Source: Mobula birostris (Eukaryota). From it: a stretch of 64,000 bases of DNA. The stretch lies in NCBI RefSeq assembly GCF_030028105.1, contig NC_092379.1:27645821-27709820 (forward strand), in the 5' to 3' direction. The position numbers and the translations under genes were made by a program. The notes beneath the pieces were generated by a model. That model worked only from the letters and a program-made list of their open reading frames with translations. It had not been told where the DNA came from and made no database searches. Shown piece after piece: positions 40,802 to 53,149 of this stretch (positions are counted from its first letter, which is position 1; the number at the start of each line of letters is the position of its first letter).

Positions 40802-42849
40802 GGGCAGGCATTCGTAAATCGTAAAGGAACGATAAAAAAAAAAAGAGTTGTTGTTCCGGGGAAAATCAGTGAATAGAAGTCCAGAGAAAGCAATCGACGA
40901 GACTTCAGCGACTAAATGTGGACTTTTGAAAGAACAGCACAGTTATTAGCTGATGTATCCAGTGCCTGCAAGTCCTTGTATATATAGCAACGGATTAGCA
41001 TTCTTCCGATATATAGTACGGTTGCTGGAAGTGGAGCATAGCTACATACAATGCAAAATATTTTCTGCAGGGATTGCTTCCCGGCGAAGAGAGAAACAGA
41101 TTCAATGACATTCGACAGCAAACGGAAACTCCTTACCAACAGGGCTCATTTGCTCCCACACGCTAACCTTTGATGCTGGGGAAATAAAAGCGCCAAGCAA
41201 AGCGTTTTGAACTGAATCTAATTCCACTCCACATCCACGTGGTTACTTGATGGTTACAATCTGAAGAAGCCACGCAGACCACGAAATGGGAACCTGACTG
41301 AAACTGGAAAAGGCCGCACAGCCAAGGCCACCCTTTAGAATCGACCATTGCCATCACAGGCTAGCAGCCTGGTCAGAATCGTTGAGAACTATTACTGAGC
41401 GCTCAATGGGATTGTCCTTATCATACAACACGCAGAGTCCGTGTAAGAAGTGTGGACATGTCTGTTATATCAAAGATGCAGACACTCATCAACATAAGTC
41501 TTGATAGAGTTGGTTAACACTATGGCATAGCCATACAAATTTCAGGAAGAATTAGCGAATATTGCCCTTTCCACTGATTTAAAGCAGTCCTGTATGTGTT
41601 CCCACACATCCGTCTGTTATACCTTGGAGGTATTCAAAACCTTGATTGACGACTGCAGTGTTTGCTTGCAGAACAGAAATAGAACAGCCCGGTGATCAGA
41701 CAAACGATAGGGTCTTTTAAGAGATGCCTGGATTGCTACATTGGGCTTAGAAAAATAGCGGGCTATGGGTAAAGCCTATGTAGTTGTAAGGTAGGGACAT
41801 GTTCGACACAGATTTGTGGGCCGCGGGGTCTGATTGTGGTGTATATTCTCTGTGTTTCCATGTTCTATGCTTCTATTTCATGTCGTGAGCATGGGATGAC
41901 AAGGGAAGCATTTTTTGACGGTGGTAGTTAACCATATTGGTACCTCAGTTTCTACAGATGATATTTTGTGATACTTGGTCAGAAACATATTCAAGCTGGC
42001 CTCCTAAATTTCTCCACGTTTTTTTCGGAAGGCATCGGTTGCTTCGTGAATGTTGGTCACTGCGGTCAGCTCCTGAATGTCTGACTGCCTTTACCCGGTG
42101 AAGAATGTCCTCCGAAACCTCTTGATAGTTTGAATAACACGTTACTGCTCGATGAACCTGGTCGGATAAGCAGCAATGAGGCAGATCAAACACGTCTGCG
42201 TTAGTGATGAAACAAATTCCGCCTCATTTACATCTACGGGAGTCGGCTGCCCTGTCATTGCGTTGGATAGTGAAACCTCAGTCTGGAACTTTGCGTCTGG
42301 AACCGTGGAGCGCAGAACTGTGTCTCCTTGAAGAAAAAAAAAACAACAGTGCAAAACAGGCCCTGATCTCTCTCTAGCATCTTGCTTTGTAGCCAGAGAT
42401 TTTATTGTCAAGAGATTAACACTCGCCAGAAGTAAACGGGACATAGTGGTCAAATGGCTCTGCCTTTAAATCGAACTTGCAAATCAGTTCAGTTTAGGCA
42501 TTGTTTTTCCTAAAGGGAAAATCTACTCGTGTCCTTAATCTGCATCCACTGATTTTGAGTATAAATGGATACTTTTCATTTTAAAATGATATCTCTTTCT
42601 GAAGTACCTCTGGTCGTGAACGTTGATTTCAGCTGTAGAAGTGTGAAGCGAGAATATTTGATCATTTATCTCGGAGCTGAGAGTCGCCACTTTCGGGTGC
42701 CATTTTGTGCGGCGTCACAGACCACAATGTCATGTACATATTCTCTTACATTGCGTATGGACCTTTAACTATTTCATCAATAGTGGAATTTGAAGAAAAA
42801 TCATTTATTCTACTGGGATTCCATCGGTGTGCGTTTTAAATTAGAAGAT

Positions 42850-43100
42850 CATCCACTTCTTTCTCGCGCATTTATTATTCTTCCATCCGTGACCCAATCT
42901 CATATGTATGATTGGAGAAGCATTCTGTTTTTTCAGAAGATTGTCATCAATTTGAAACAATATTTCCTGCGTTCTAGAAATATACCGACACTGCATCTTC
43001 AGTTACACTTTTATCTTTATTGTGTCTCTGTCAAAAGGCGACAGCAAGGTACTAGCCTTGATTTCCAACTAGTTTGCGGACTAAAACTACAGGCACGCAT
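42850..43100 (-). mobile_element. Possible hAT (Charlie-like) transposase remnant
   Basis: TQEILFQIDDNLLKK followed, in another frame, by VTDG; weak resemblance only. Confidence 0.25.
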
Positions 43101-43909
43101 AAAATACATTCAGCTATCAGGTAAATGCTTTGAAATGTATCGTTTCTGTTTTTCTAACTATGAGTTCAATTCGACAAATATTCATAAACATTTACTCAAT
43201 TTTGCTTTATAATTAGCCGCCTCACCCAAGTGAATAAAGTGAACCTCACTGTTTTGTGAGTGTTTTCCTTCCGGTTTCTGCGCAAAGCGGGCGCAATTCT
43301 GAATACTCATTGGAACACTCAGTGCATAAAATAAAAATTAAAAATGGAGTCCAGATTAAAGTTCATCTATTTCCAATCAGTTTATTCCAAATCGCCAACA
43401 CTGAAAATTTAAATCTGATTATCTTTATTCTTCCATTCGTTTTAAGCTGAGGAAAGATTCAGCTTGATCATCTCTGTCTGTCGCTAACTCAACTGACTGC
43501 CATTCTCGCTCTTCCGAGCTCATCACCTTTTCTCTCTGACTCTCCCTTTTCCTCTCACTCGTCAACATATATAAACCTTCTTCTATCTTCTATCCTCTCC
43601 TTCTCTATCTCTCCCCGCTCCCCATTTCTCTCTCTCTCCCTTTTGAGTGTCTACAGTATTAATTCATCTGTGACTGAGTGTGCCACCTTGTCGTTCTCTT
43701 TGTCCCTGTATCACGCTCTATTCATGCTCTGCATTGCTGGTTACCAGCGTAATTCTATCTATCTGAGCATTTCTCCAGAGTTATTTTTTTCCAACTGTCC
43801 ATATTATCGTCAAGCATATTTTCTCCACAGATTTTCTTTGTGCGCAATATCTTTTTTTTTTCCAAAACGCTATTAAGCAAATTACATCGGCAACAACAGT
43901 TGTGACATT

Positions 43910-44720
43910 ATAATACATTACAAGACCCTTGGTCCATAAGATATATGAACCTGAAAAGACCATTTGGCCTATCAAGCATGCTCCTACATTTTGTCATACC
44001 TCATTCAATTTGCTTCAGCCCAAATATTCTGCTTTCTCCCTGTATCCCTTCATGTGCTCCTCATGTCCTGACCAATCAAAAAATCGATCAAGCTCTGTCT
44101 TAAAGATAGATAAGACTTAAACATACATAAAGCTGTCCAGTTCCTCAAAACTAACTGCACCACCCACCTACCCACTTATCTTCATATAGCTTGCAAGCTT
44201 TCTAACAAACAACGGTATAATTTCCATTATCCCTGTCATTGACATGTAACAGACTAAGAACGTGCCCCGGCACTGAACCACCACGGTCCGTCGGCAGCCG
44301 ATCAGCTGAGGTTCTCTTTATTCCCACTCTTTGCGTCCTGCCAATGACTGCTTGTCGTTGCTAAAATATTTTCTGTAAAATCATGGGCTAATGTGTCGAA
44401 CCTTTTCATCGGCTTTCTGAAAATCCAAATAGGCACATTAACCGACTCTCCTTTATCGATGTTGCTTGTTTTATCGTCCAGGATTTTAAAAGCTTTGTGA
44501 TGCAATATTTTACCTTAAGGGAACCCGACTGACTGCGCTCTGGTTTATCATCTGCCTCCAAGTACACAGTGATAATAACGATAATATCGTTAATAACGAC
44601 TCCAACATATTCCCAGCCACTGCGTTCAGATTAACTGTCCTATAGTTTCCTTTATTTTGATTATCTTGCTTCTTGGATATTTGCAATTTACAATTGGTAG
44701 TTCCGGAACTAATTTGGAAG
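43910..44720 (-). mobile_element. Decayed CR1 LINE fragments
   Basis: CCATAAGATATA tail at ~43935; IDKGESVNV..DFQKA-like region at ~44420-44460. Confidence 0.6.
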
Positions 44721-45624
44721 GTAGTGATTTATGAGGAAATTCCTTCATCAACCATGTATACTGAAGGATGCTGCGTCATTGAATCTTTTCCAGTTGTTCC
44801 TGCGAAAGCAGACAAAAAAGCATGAACAGCCCAGATTCGGACTGGATCCATGCGACAAACGTATTAGACTTTTTCACAACTTAAATGACAGAATGGCGAA
44901 CACATCAGGAAAGAAGAAAAATAAAGCATGACAAAGTACCATTCGAAAGGATGGTTACATTCCAGCATATACGTAAATAGAATTGACCGCCATTAGAGAA
45001 AGGGATCTGAATAACGGGGCTCTTCACCGTCTATAAAACTGTGTACTGCTAAATGATTGTCTGGTAGCTCTTTACCCCTGTCATGACCATCGGAATATTT
45101 GCTTAGTTTATAAGTCATTGTATTTGTGACACCCTGGGAATGGTTTCACTGCTAAGGTATGGTATTTCCGTAGTGGCCGTGTATGAGTCATGGTTAAGAT
45201 AACAGGCGCTTTGGAATGTGAGTCTTCCAATGAAAGGAGTATATTTTTCGATTGGTGTGCCTGACACCGGTGTGAGTTGCGATTTTGATTCGACGGGACA
45301 GGTAGGGAAAGGACGCCTGAGAGAACCGGGTAGGAGGACTCGACCCGGAATGATTAATCGCAGCCCGGGGAGATTGAAGGAGGATCGACGTGAGCTGCAA
45401 TTTGTGCACATTATATTGATACATTAAAATGGGCGCTTCCTTTTTTTTTCTCTTTTCTTAAATAATACTTTAGTCAAAATAAGAATTATAATGCTAAATA
45501 GTTTAATTTTATGCAGTGTATTGTCCATTATTTCGTTGTACTTATTTGTAATAAGGTAACAAACCATACAGCATCCACACAAACAGGGGGATTCTGTGGA
45601 TTTGCTTGAACCTCCCACGGTTGG

Positions 45625-46570
45625 CGGAGTCGGAGATATTCTTGGCTAGAAGTACGCAGCCGACTGAACCGGAATGCTTCAATTGTGGGACTCGTCCGGA
45701 ATAGAATTCGCTGGATGATGTACGATTACCATGAGTGTTGATCCAGTAGGTTTTGTGTTCAACTCTGTGCTAAACTACTACCCGGTAAAGTGATTACGGC
45801 ATTTGGCTATAGATGCTGTTGCACTGGGGTAGACAGTGGTATTCCTACTGAATTGTTAATTCGAATTTTCAGTACTTTTAAAGCTGTAAAAATCTTACGA
45901 TTGTGGGGTGATAAAACAGCGGACAAAGACTTTGTTTGAGAGTACGGGAGAGGCCCGAATTGCAAATCAAGCCTCCGGTAGCTGGGGGTGGAGATTTCAA
46001 TTTCAGGGTGCTCTCGTTTCAACGGAGCAAGAGGATGGAGTGCTCTGAAGTGAAATGTTCAATGAGTACCCCAGGGAGAAGTAGAAATTCTGAGTAGGTA
46101 GTGGTCCATACCTCCTTCGCGAATAAATGGGAAAATGCCCAGGTTCAAGGTCCTAGCTATTTTCTCGGGAACGAAACCCACCACTTAAGTGGAAGAAGAG
46201 CATGAGACGGTTAGAGCAGAATTCACAGTGGTTAGATGAGTGGGCAGGTCTCTTATGATGTAAACGACGGCGATTGGTTGAAAGTTTAAGAGGGTGGCTT
46301 GCTGAAGTAGTGAGAGCTGTAAAGACACATACAGGATTTGTCCCTTGAGAAGTCTTTTGTAAGACAAGAAGCCCAACGGAGCTCATGACGGGGTTTCAAA
46401 ACATGCCTCAGGAGGAGGGAGAGCTACCTCTTGCCTACATTTTTCGGCTGGAAATGCTGCTGAATTGCTTGCGGCGTAGTGGAGCCATTCAGACGGATGA
46501 GGTGGATCAGTTAAGAATGAACCAAATAACGACAGACGCCCAGTCCCAGAAACTTATCACTCGGGGAATG
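45625..46570 (+). mobile_element. Gypsy PNMA-type copy 3: LTR end, PBS and gag fragment
   Basis: TGTGGGACTCGTCCGGGA at 45684-45701 (tRNA-Pro-type PBS); ORF MTGFQNMPQEEGE...YIFRLEMLLNCLRRSGAIQTDEVDQLRMNQI is homologous to 24961-25368. Confidence 0.8.
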
Positions 46571-46789
46571 AAAAGATCATGTTTCATTTCTAGCAATTTC
46601 GTTGCGTTAAGTGCTTTTATGTTTTTGCAGATGAAGTAACAAAATTACGCTACTGTATGCACTGCCGCTTCTGAAACTCTGATTTGCTTCTCGGTTTCCG
46701 TCTGTTAATGTGCACTCTGGAGATCGCGATGAATGTAATATTCTCTGCAAGGATATGCTTGCCTGAGCACTATTATAGAATCATAGTTA

Positions 46790-47460
46790 TCGAATGTTTA
46801 TGAGATCTGAATCCCAGAAGACATAGGAACAGCAGTAGTCAACGCTTTGTCTATCGAGTCTGCTCTGCTCCGTTGGCTGAAGAAAGTTCTCCGCATCTTT
46901 GTTTTCAGTGGACGACACCATATTCTGAAGCTGTGGCCTTTTGTCCTAGACTTTCACAACATGGGAAACTCCTTTCCTCATAGTTTCTGTCTCGGACATT
47001 CAATATTAGAAAGGTTTAAATATGATACCCCATATCATTATAAATTGCAGCAGAAACAGAGCAGGAGCCATCTTCTGATAAGCCTTTCATTTACCGAATC
47101 ATTTTCGTGAATCTCCACTGAGCCATCACAAATGCTAACACATATCTTCTTCGGTGAGGATCCCAAAAACCGTTTTCAGTCCTCAAGGTGAGGCTTCGCC
47201 AGGGCCGTACAAATACTGAACATCGCACATCTGATCTTGAATTATTGATGTCTTGGAATGACTGTATTTGCCTTCCTCGCCACTGATTCAACCTGCAAGT
47301 TAACCTCTAGGCTGCTCTGCATAAGGGTACCCAAAGTCCTTTTGTATCTGAGATTTTTTAAAATTTTCTCTCCGTTTAAAAGTGGTCTGCACATTATATT
47401 TCTATTAGCGACGTTCATGATCATGCATTTCCAACATTATATTTGATTTGCCACTTTCCT
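46790..47460 (-). mobile_element. Decayed CR1 LINE 3' fragment
   Basis: LRYKRTLGTLMQSSLEVNLQVESVARKANT. Confidence 0.7.
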
Positions 47461-47699
47461 GACCGTAATGTGTTTAATTCCTTCTCCAGCCTACCTTTTT
47501 GCTTCAACACTACACAACCCTCTAACGTCACTTGCAGACTTACTAACAGAACCATCCATCATCCGAATTGTCGAAAAACAACATAAGAAAAAGTTGTCCC
47601 AACGCCGACGATAAAAAGAAGCTGTTCCAGAACTGAACGCTGCGGAACAGCACGAACCACTAGTAGCCACTAACGGTGCGTGTATCATTAAAAAGACAC

Positions 47700-48560
47700 G
47701 GAAATATGAGCTGTATATTTATGCCTCGGCCAAATTACTTCCGCTGACATAAGAGGACCTCGGGATTGCTTCGCAAAACTACAGAAAGACTGTATATTTA
47801 ACTGTTACTGGCGTTCTTACAGCGGACTATGCTGTGTGCCCTCTGCCATGATGATCGATTTTTGTCAGGGAAAATATGAAATCAAGTGTGGATGCTATCC
47901 TGCAACGTCTTTAAAACAAAGGCTTTTCTGTCGTGATGTTGTTCCGAGATTTCAATTCAGTACTCAAAACTAATCTCCCACAGAGCTTAGAGGATAAGCT
48001 CCTACTCTCAATCTAAATACACTGATCTGCACTGGGCGTTGGACTTCCTAACCAACCAACCTCAGATAATTAGGATGCACAACCGGTTCTCCCTCCCTAC
48101 CATCTTTAGCACAGGTGCTCTCCTGGGCTCTGTGCTGAGCCGAGTGTTGTATGCTCACTTAACAAATCACTGTAAACCCAAAGTCCTCAATAATGGCATT
48201 GTCGAGTATGCGGATGACAATACTGTGGTGGGACACATCTGCAACAACCATGAGACAGCCTACAGACATCAGGTGATAGAACATAAATCTTGTTCCGAAG
48301 GGAATGCCCTCTTCCTGGATATCGACAAGAGAAAGGAAATGATTGTTGATACACACTACTCACAACTCTCTTTGCATCAATGCTACAGCAATAGAAACTG
48401 TGAGCAGCGGTTTCAACGGACAATAAGAGTCTTCAGTTTATCATTTCAATTAAATGTATTGCTTCTCGTACATGACGAAATTTCTCGTACGCTCTTGTCC
48501 AGTACTGAGAACGTCCTCTGGCACCCTGCCTTCCAGTACTTGAAATGCCACAGGCAAATC
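47700..48560 (+). mobile_element. Rex1/Babar-type RT fragment
   Basis: DFLTNQPQ...STGALLGSVLS...EYADDNTVVG...KEMIVD. Confidence 0.78.
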
Positions 48561-48999
48561 TACATGGAAAAGTGACATACGGTAGAGACTGACACGGGAT
48601 GAATAAATAGAACAAATAGAAATCAGGAAAGACGGGGAGGGGTCTGCATGTAAGAGAGTCTCTTTACGAACAGCGTTGTAATTAACTCCAAACACTTCAA
48701 TACCCCGAAATGGGAGAACGCTGTGAGCGAGAGGGAAACCATTTTGTTTCAAAGAAGGAGAAAACACAGAAATACACGAGAAAGCACACAGATGGCGAGA
48801 GTTGGAGTGCCAGATTTCTGTCCTCGCTTTGTCAATATCAGTGGGAGTAAAAACGAAACGGGAGAGAGACGATTACATGGGAATACGGCGGCACAGCAGA
48901 CAGTTTTGGGAAGTTGCGTGTGTGTGTGTCGCAGTCTTACACAGACTCCCCAGGATATATTCCTTCGATCTTGTGCAGCTCAGCGTTACACATGCCTGG

Positions 49000-50230
49000 T
49001 CATTCTGGAGCAACACATGCAAAATGCTGGATAAACTCAGCAGCCCAGACAGCATCTGCGGAAAAAGAGTAAACATTCGACGTTTAGGATATTTCTTCAG
49101 TACTAGATAGGCAGGCGATACATCATACTAAGAAGATAGGGATAGGGAGGGCAGTTCAAGATGGCAGGCGGTAGGTGAAACTACGAGAGAGGTGAGGGTA
49201 TGTAGGAAAGAGCAGTGGTTGATTGGTCAAATAGATAAAAACAAAGACTGATAGGTGAAACAATAGACCAAGGATGGTAGGGAAAAGAGGGGAGCATCAT
49301 GGGGAGACGATACACAGGTAAATTGAGAAACAAAAAACTGCAACGTTGACGGAGCTGCAGGACAATTGGGTAGTTGTAAAATTTGAGGTCAATCCAATCA
49401 TTTTGGAAGCTAACCAGAACGTTGATAAGATGGTGATCCTCCACCCGGAGTGTGGCCTCATCGTGACAGAGGAGTAGACATAGATTCACATGTGGATGGG
49501 AATGGGAAGCAGATTTGGAACGGACGGCCACCGTGAGATGCCGCTCTTGTGGTGAACAGCCTAGAGGTCTTTCAATCGACGTCGGGTCTCTCCGTTGTAC
49601 AGAAGCACAGCATACAGTGCATAATCTCAATCAGAAAACAAACACAGATCACAATAGATTTGCAGGAAAAGATTCCCCTCACTTTGAAGGACAGTTTGTG
49701 TCGCTGAATAGCAGTCGACGACCAGGTGTAGGGACAGGTGCCGTATTTGTTCCACTTGTAAGGATAAGTACCTGGAGAGAGATCAGTGGGGAGGAGCTAG
49801 TTGACAAATGAGTCACGTAAGGAGGATATCATTTGCGGAAAGCGCGAGGTGTGGGTTAGAGGGAAAGCTAAGCTTGTGCAGAATGCCGTTGGTGATGGCG
49901 GAAGTTACGTGCAGATGCGGGGGCTGGTGGTGTGGTAGTTCATGACAGAAGCAGAATAAACAGAGGTGTGGCGGTGGGAGGATGGGGTGCGGGATGTTGT
50001 GCGCGAATTAGAAGGGATGTGGGGAGTACAGCGTTTATGTTGGAGGAATGAAAGCCTCTTTCGTTGAAGAGGAAGGACATCTCAAATGTTCTGTAATGAA
50101 AACCCACACCCTGAGTGGAGATGCTGCAGACTTTGAGGAAATAAGAAACGGGGTGGCATATTTCCAAGTTACAGGGTGAGAAAATGTATACTCTAAATAA
50201 ATATACTCTCTAGAGTTTAAGAACTTGCTC
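49000..50230 (-). mobile_element. Penelope-like element 3' part (GIY-YIG endonuclease) with terminal repeat
   Basis: Minus strand LYNGETRRRLKDL*AVH at ~49552-49602 (YIGET.R.L..R..EH motif); terminal repeat at 49000-49110. Confidence 0.75.
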
Positions 50231-50789
50231 ATGAAAGTTGACATATGCCTGCGATATACGTTCATCAGGTATTTTGGAGATATCCAGCCATGCTAAAATG
50301 GAAGGTTGCATTCCCTTTGGAGTAACTACAATTCAATATTATGTTGGTCCTTTCTCAGCCCATGAATTTAAACAGAATATAAACCGCGTTCTCGCATCTT
50401 TGTGATAGACGTCCTGCAAGAAGGAGAACAGCCACTTGAACGAAAGCTTACTGATTAGCATCGCCCATTAAATCTATGAAGAACAGAGAGAAGGCATGTC
50501 ACCTAACTTCATCTTTCTGTCTCCATTTCCCACGCATTATCTCTCCCTCTTTCTGCGTCTCTCTCCATGGATCCTTCTCTCTGTTTATCTCTAATTATTT
50601 TCACTCTCTCGCTCTAGCGCTCTCTCTCTCTACTGGCGTCTATCTTCCTACTTCCATGCATCCATCTCTCCCTATTTAACTTTCTGTCCATTTATGTGTC
50701 ATCTCTCAGTGAATTGTTTGTATTTTCTTTCTTTCTAGCTTTTTTTCTCTTCCCTCCAAACACACTCAAAACCCTATGGTATCTCAGCA

Positions 50790-51440
50790 GATCAAGCAGT
50801 ATCTATGGACATAAAAATTCCAGTCGACGGTTCGGGCCGACATCCTTCGGCAGGACTGGAGAGAAAACAAAGGTTTCGCTCAAAAGGTCGGTTGTACTTT
50901 TTATCACATGGATGCTGCCTAGTCTGCTGAGTTCGTCGTCCAGGATTTTGTGTATGTTGCTCAGATTTAGCATTGCAGAATTTCTCACATTTCCTCCATT
51001 GCTCTATCTTTTTTACTCCCTCCATTCCCATCTCGCTCTCTCTTTCTTTCTCATTGGCTACCGTTATCTCAGTGCCTATGTAGCCCGCTCGGCGAGATAT
51101 TCCCAAATCCAGGATACTGAAGTGTCACCTTACCTTACTACCAATCGACATCTCTGTGCCCCTTGATTTTTTTTTCACGTGATTTCTCACTCTGAGAAAA
51201 TTCTCTCCCCACCCACCCACCTCCGCCAACCGCCCACGCTTCCCTCAACCCCTCCACAGATGTCACTGCCTTCCTTTAATTCTATCCATGTCGGTCCACG
51301 GTAACGTCGTGGTGATGTTCTTTCTCAGCACTCCATTTCTACTGTCATTTTAACTCCATCGCAATCTATTCGAGGGAAGGTAATTACTGTGAGTGATCGT
51401 CGCCCTTTCAGAGTGACCACCCGTTTCTCCGGAATGAGAA
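50790..51440. mobile_element. Two inverted Penelope-like terminal repeats plus body remnant
   Basis: 50790-50860 and 50870-50985 are opposite-orientation copies of the same terminal sequence. Confidence 0.65.
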
Positions 51441-51639
51441 CTCTGCAAAAAACTGGAGTGGTAATAATAACTCATCCTCCGCAACAGGAGAGATGCTGCA
51501 CAAAGTGCAGAAATGTCAACTTAGCTAGGAGTTCAAAATTTTCTAAAAGCAGATGTCTTCAGTCTTGACAATACCCAGCCGCTGAATCTCAATAATCCCT
51601 AGTAAAGGAGTACCTGAATTAACCATATTTTTCTGAGAG

Positions 51640-52070
51640 GTCATATTTTTTTGTTCAGCACCCTCCTGAATAACTACAAGTAGTATTTCCACAGAAAAGC
51701 AGCACCAGGGACCCACACCATTTACTCCATACTCTCCTCACAATACTACCATCGGAGAAGAGGTCCGAAACCAGTCAATTCAGGAACAGTTATTACCATT
51801 CAACCACTACACTCTTCAATCTGTGTTGATAAGTTTACCCGCTGCAGCACAGAACTGACTCCTTAAATCTAAGGACCCTACAACTTGTATTCTCAATATT
51901 ATTTCGTATTTATTATTTTTTACACAGCTTGTCCGCTTTCGCACATTACACATTCCTTGCAGTGCTCTATGATTGCATAGAAATGCTTTGCCTTTACTGT
52001 GAATTCCAGTAAGAAAAGGAATCTCGGCTAGTCTATGCTGAAAAATCCGTAATTTTATAATAGATTTATT
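51640..52070 (+). mobile_element. Rex1/Babar-type LINE 3' end fragment
   Basis: CCATC.G.AGAAG...TTCAGGAACAGTTATTACC 3' motif. Confidence 0.45.
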
Positions 52071-53149
52071 TGAACATTGAAAAGCCAACACTTCATGCAA
52101 AGATAACACTTCCTGGTGACGGAGTGTTGACAGACAAACCTGCTCCAACCATCCTTTTTGTCTTGTAAATGTGCAGTCATCTATCCGATCTCCTGTTTTG
52201 CCTCGCACCTATAGACCAAGGAAGCCGTCGTCATCAGCCTGAGCTACCTGAAACCAGTCCAGTCAGTTTACTCTTCCTGCGCTTTAATTTCGTACGATAT
52301 ATCTGACAAGGGACGAAGTAGATCTTACATTTTTTTTTTTTTTTGCATTTTTACATCTCTAAGAATATATCTAATTTCGTCACTCATCATGATGACTCTG
52401 TTAACTTGCTACGTATCCGAACATTCGCATTTTTCTTACAGTAAATGCAGATCAGAAACAACACTGAAGAAATGTCCCCGACATTGTAATAAATGAACCG
52501 GTTTTCTATGGTCCAAACGTAGCGGATAGCATTGATCTTCAAGATTTTTTTTTTCTCACTTGCTTTACAATTTTTAAATTAGAAATGCGCAATGGTATCA
52601 GCGTTGCACTGATGAGCCAAAGCTGCCTCTGTGACGCGTAACGCATCTTGTCTTCTGGAGCCTGTGCCTCAAGGGACCAAGAATCAGAGTTAATGAAAGA
52701 CAGTCCCTGTGTAAAGTTAAATGAAAATAAGTTACTGACAGAATGGTAAAACGCAGATGGTTCTGTGAAACGGCGGCTACAATCAATGTTAGCTTTTGAC
52801 CGATTCAGAGCTGCAAATCTCAGCTTCAACAGAGGAGCCTGGGAGGAAAACACTCCATACCAAGGGAGAGAGGGAGACATTGCAGCACCGATTTGGGAAG
52901 AGGGCTGACCACAGAAAAGTGAAATTGATACTGCTCTCATTTCCACTTACCACGCCAGAAGGACTTGCCGCTGAGCGGAGTGAAACAGCCTCTTATTAAA
53001 CTATGTTAGGAAACCTTCTCTCTGGAAGCAAGCAAAAGCCGTTTCTGGCAATATTCCCCCTCCACGCTGCACCTGACTCAGGAAAACTACTCAGTACTCA
53101 ATTACAGCACATACGGCGAGTCTGGGAACAAACTTAGCACTTTACACGG

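Noticed and set aside
40912-41139. KDLQALDTSANNCAV resembling a V-domain D-x-A-x-Y-Y-C end
   Set aside because: No WY motif, Cys spacing too short, and no nonamer after the CAC.
41163-41357. WPWL...GSHF resembling a trypsin or SPRY start
   Set aside because: No catalytic or domain motifs follow, and no supporting exon structure.
52585-52770. WYQR...WFC spacing reminiscent of a V pseudogene on the plus strand
   Set aside because: Three stops, no first Cys, no leader or RSS; probably chance.
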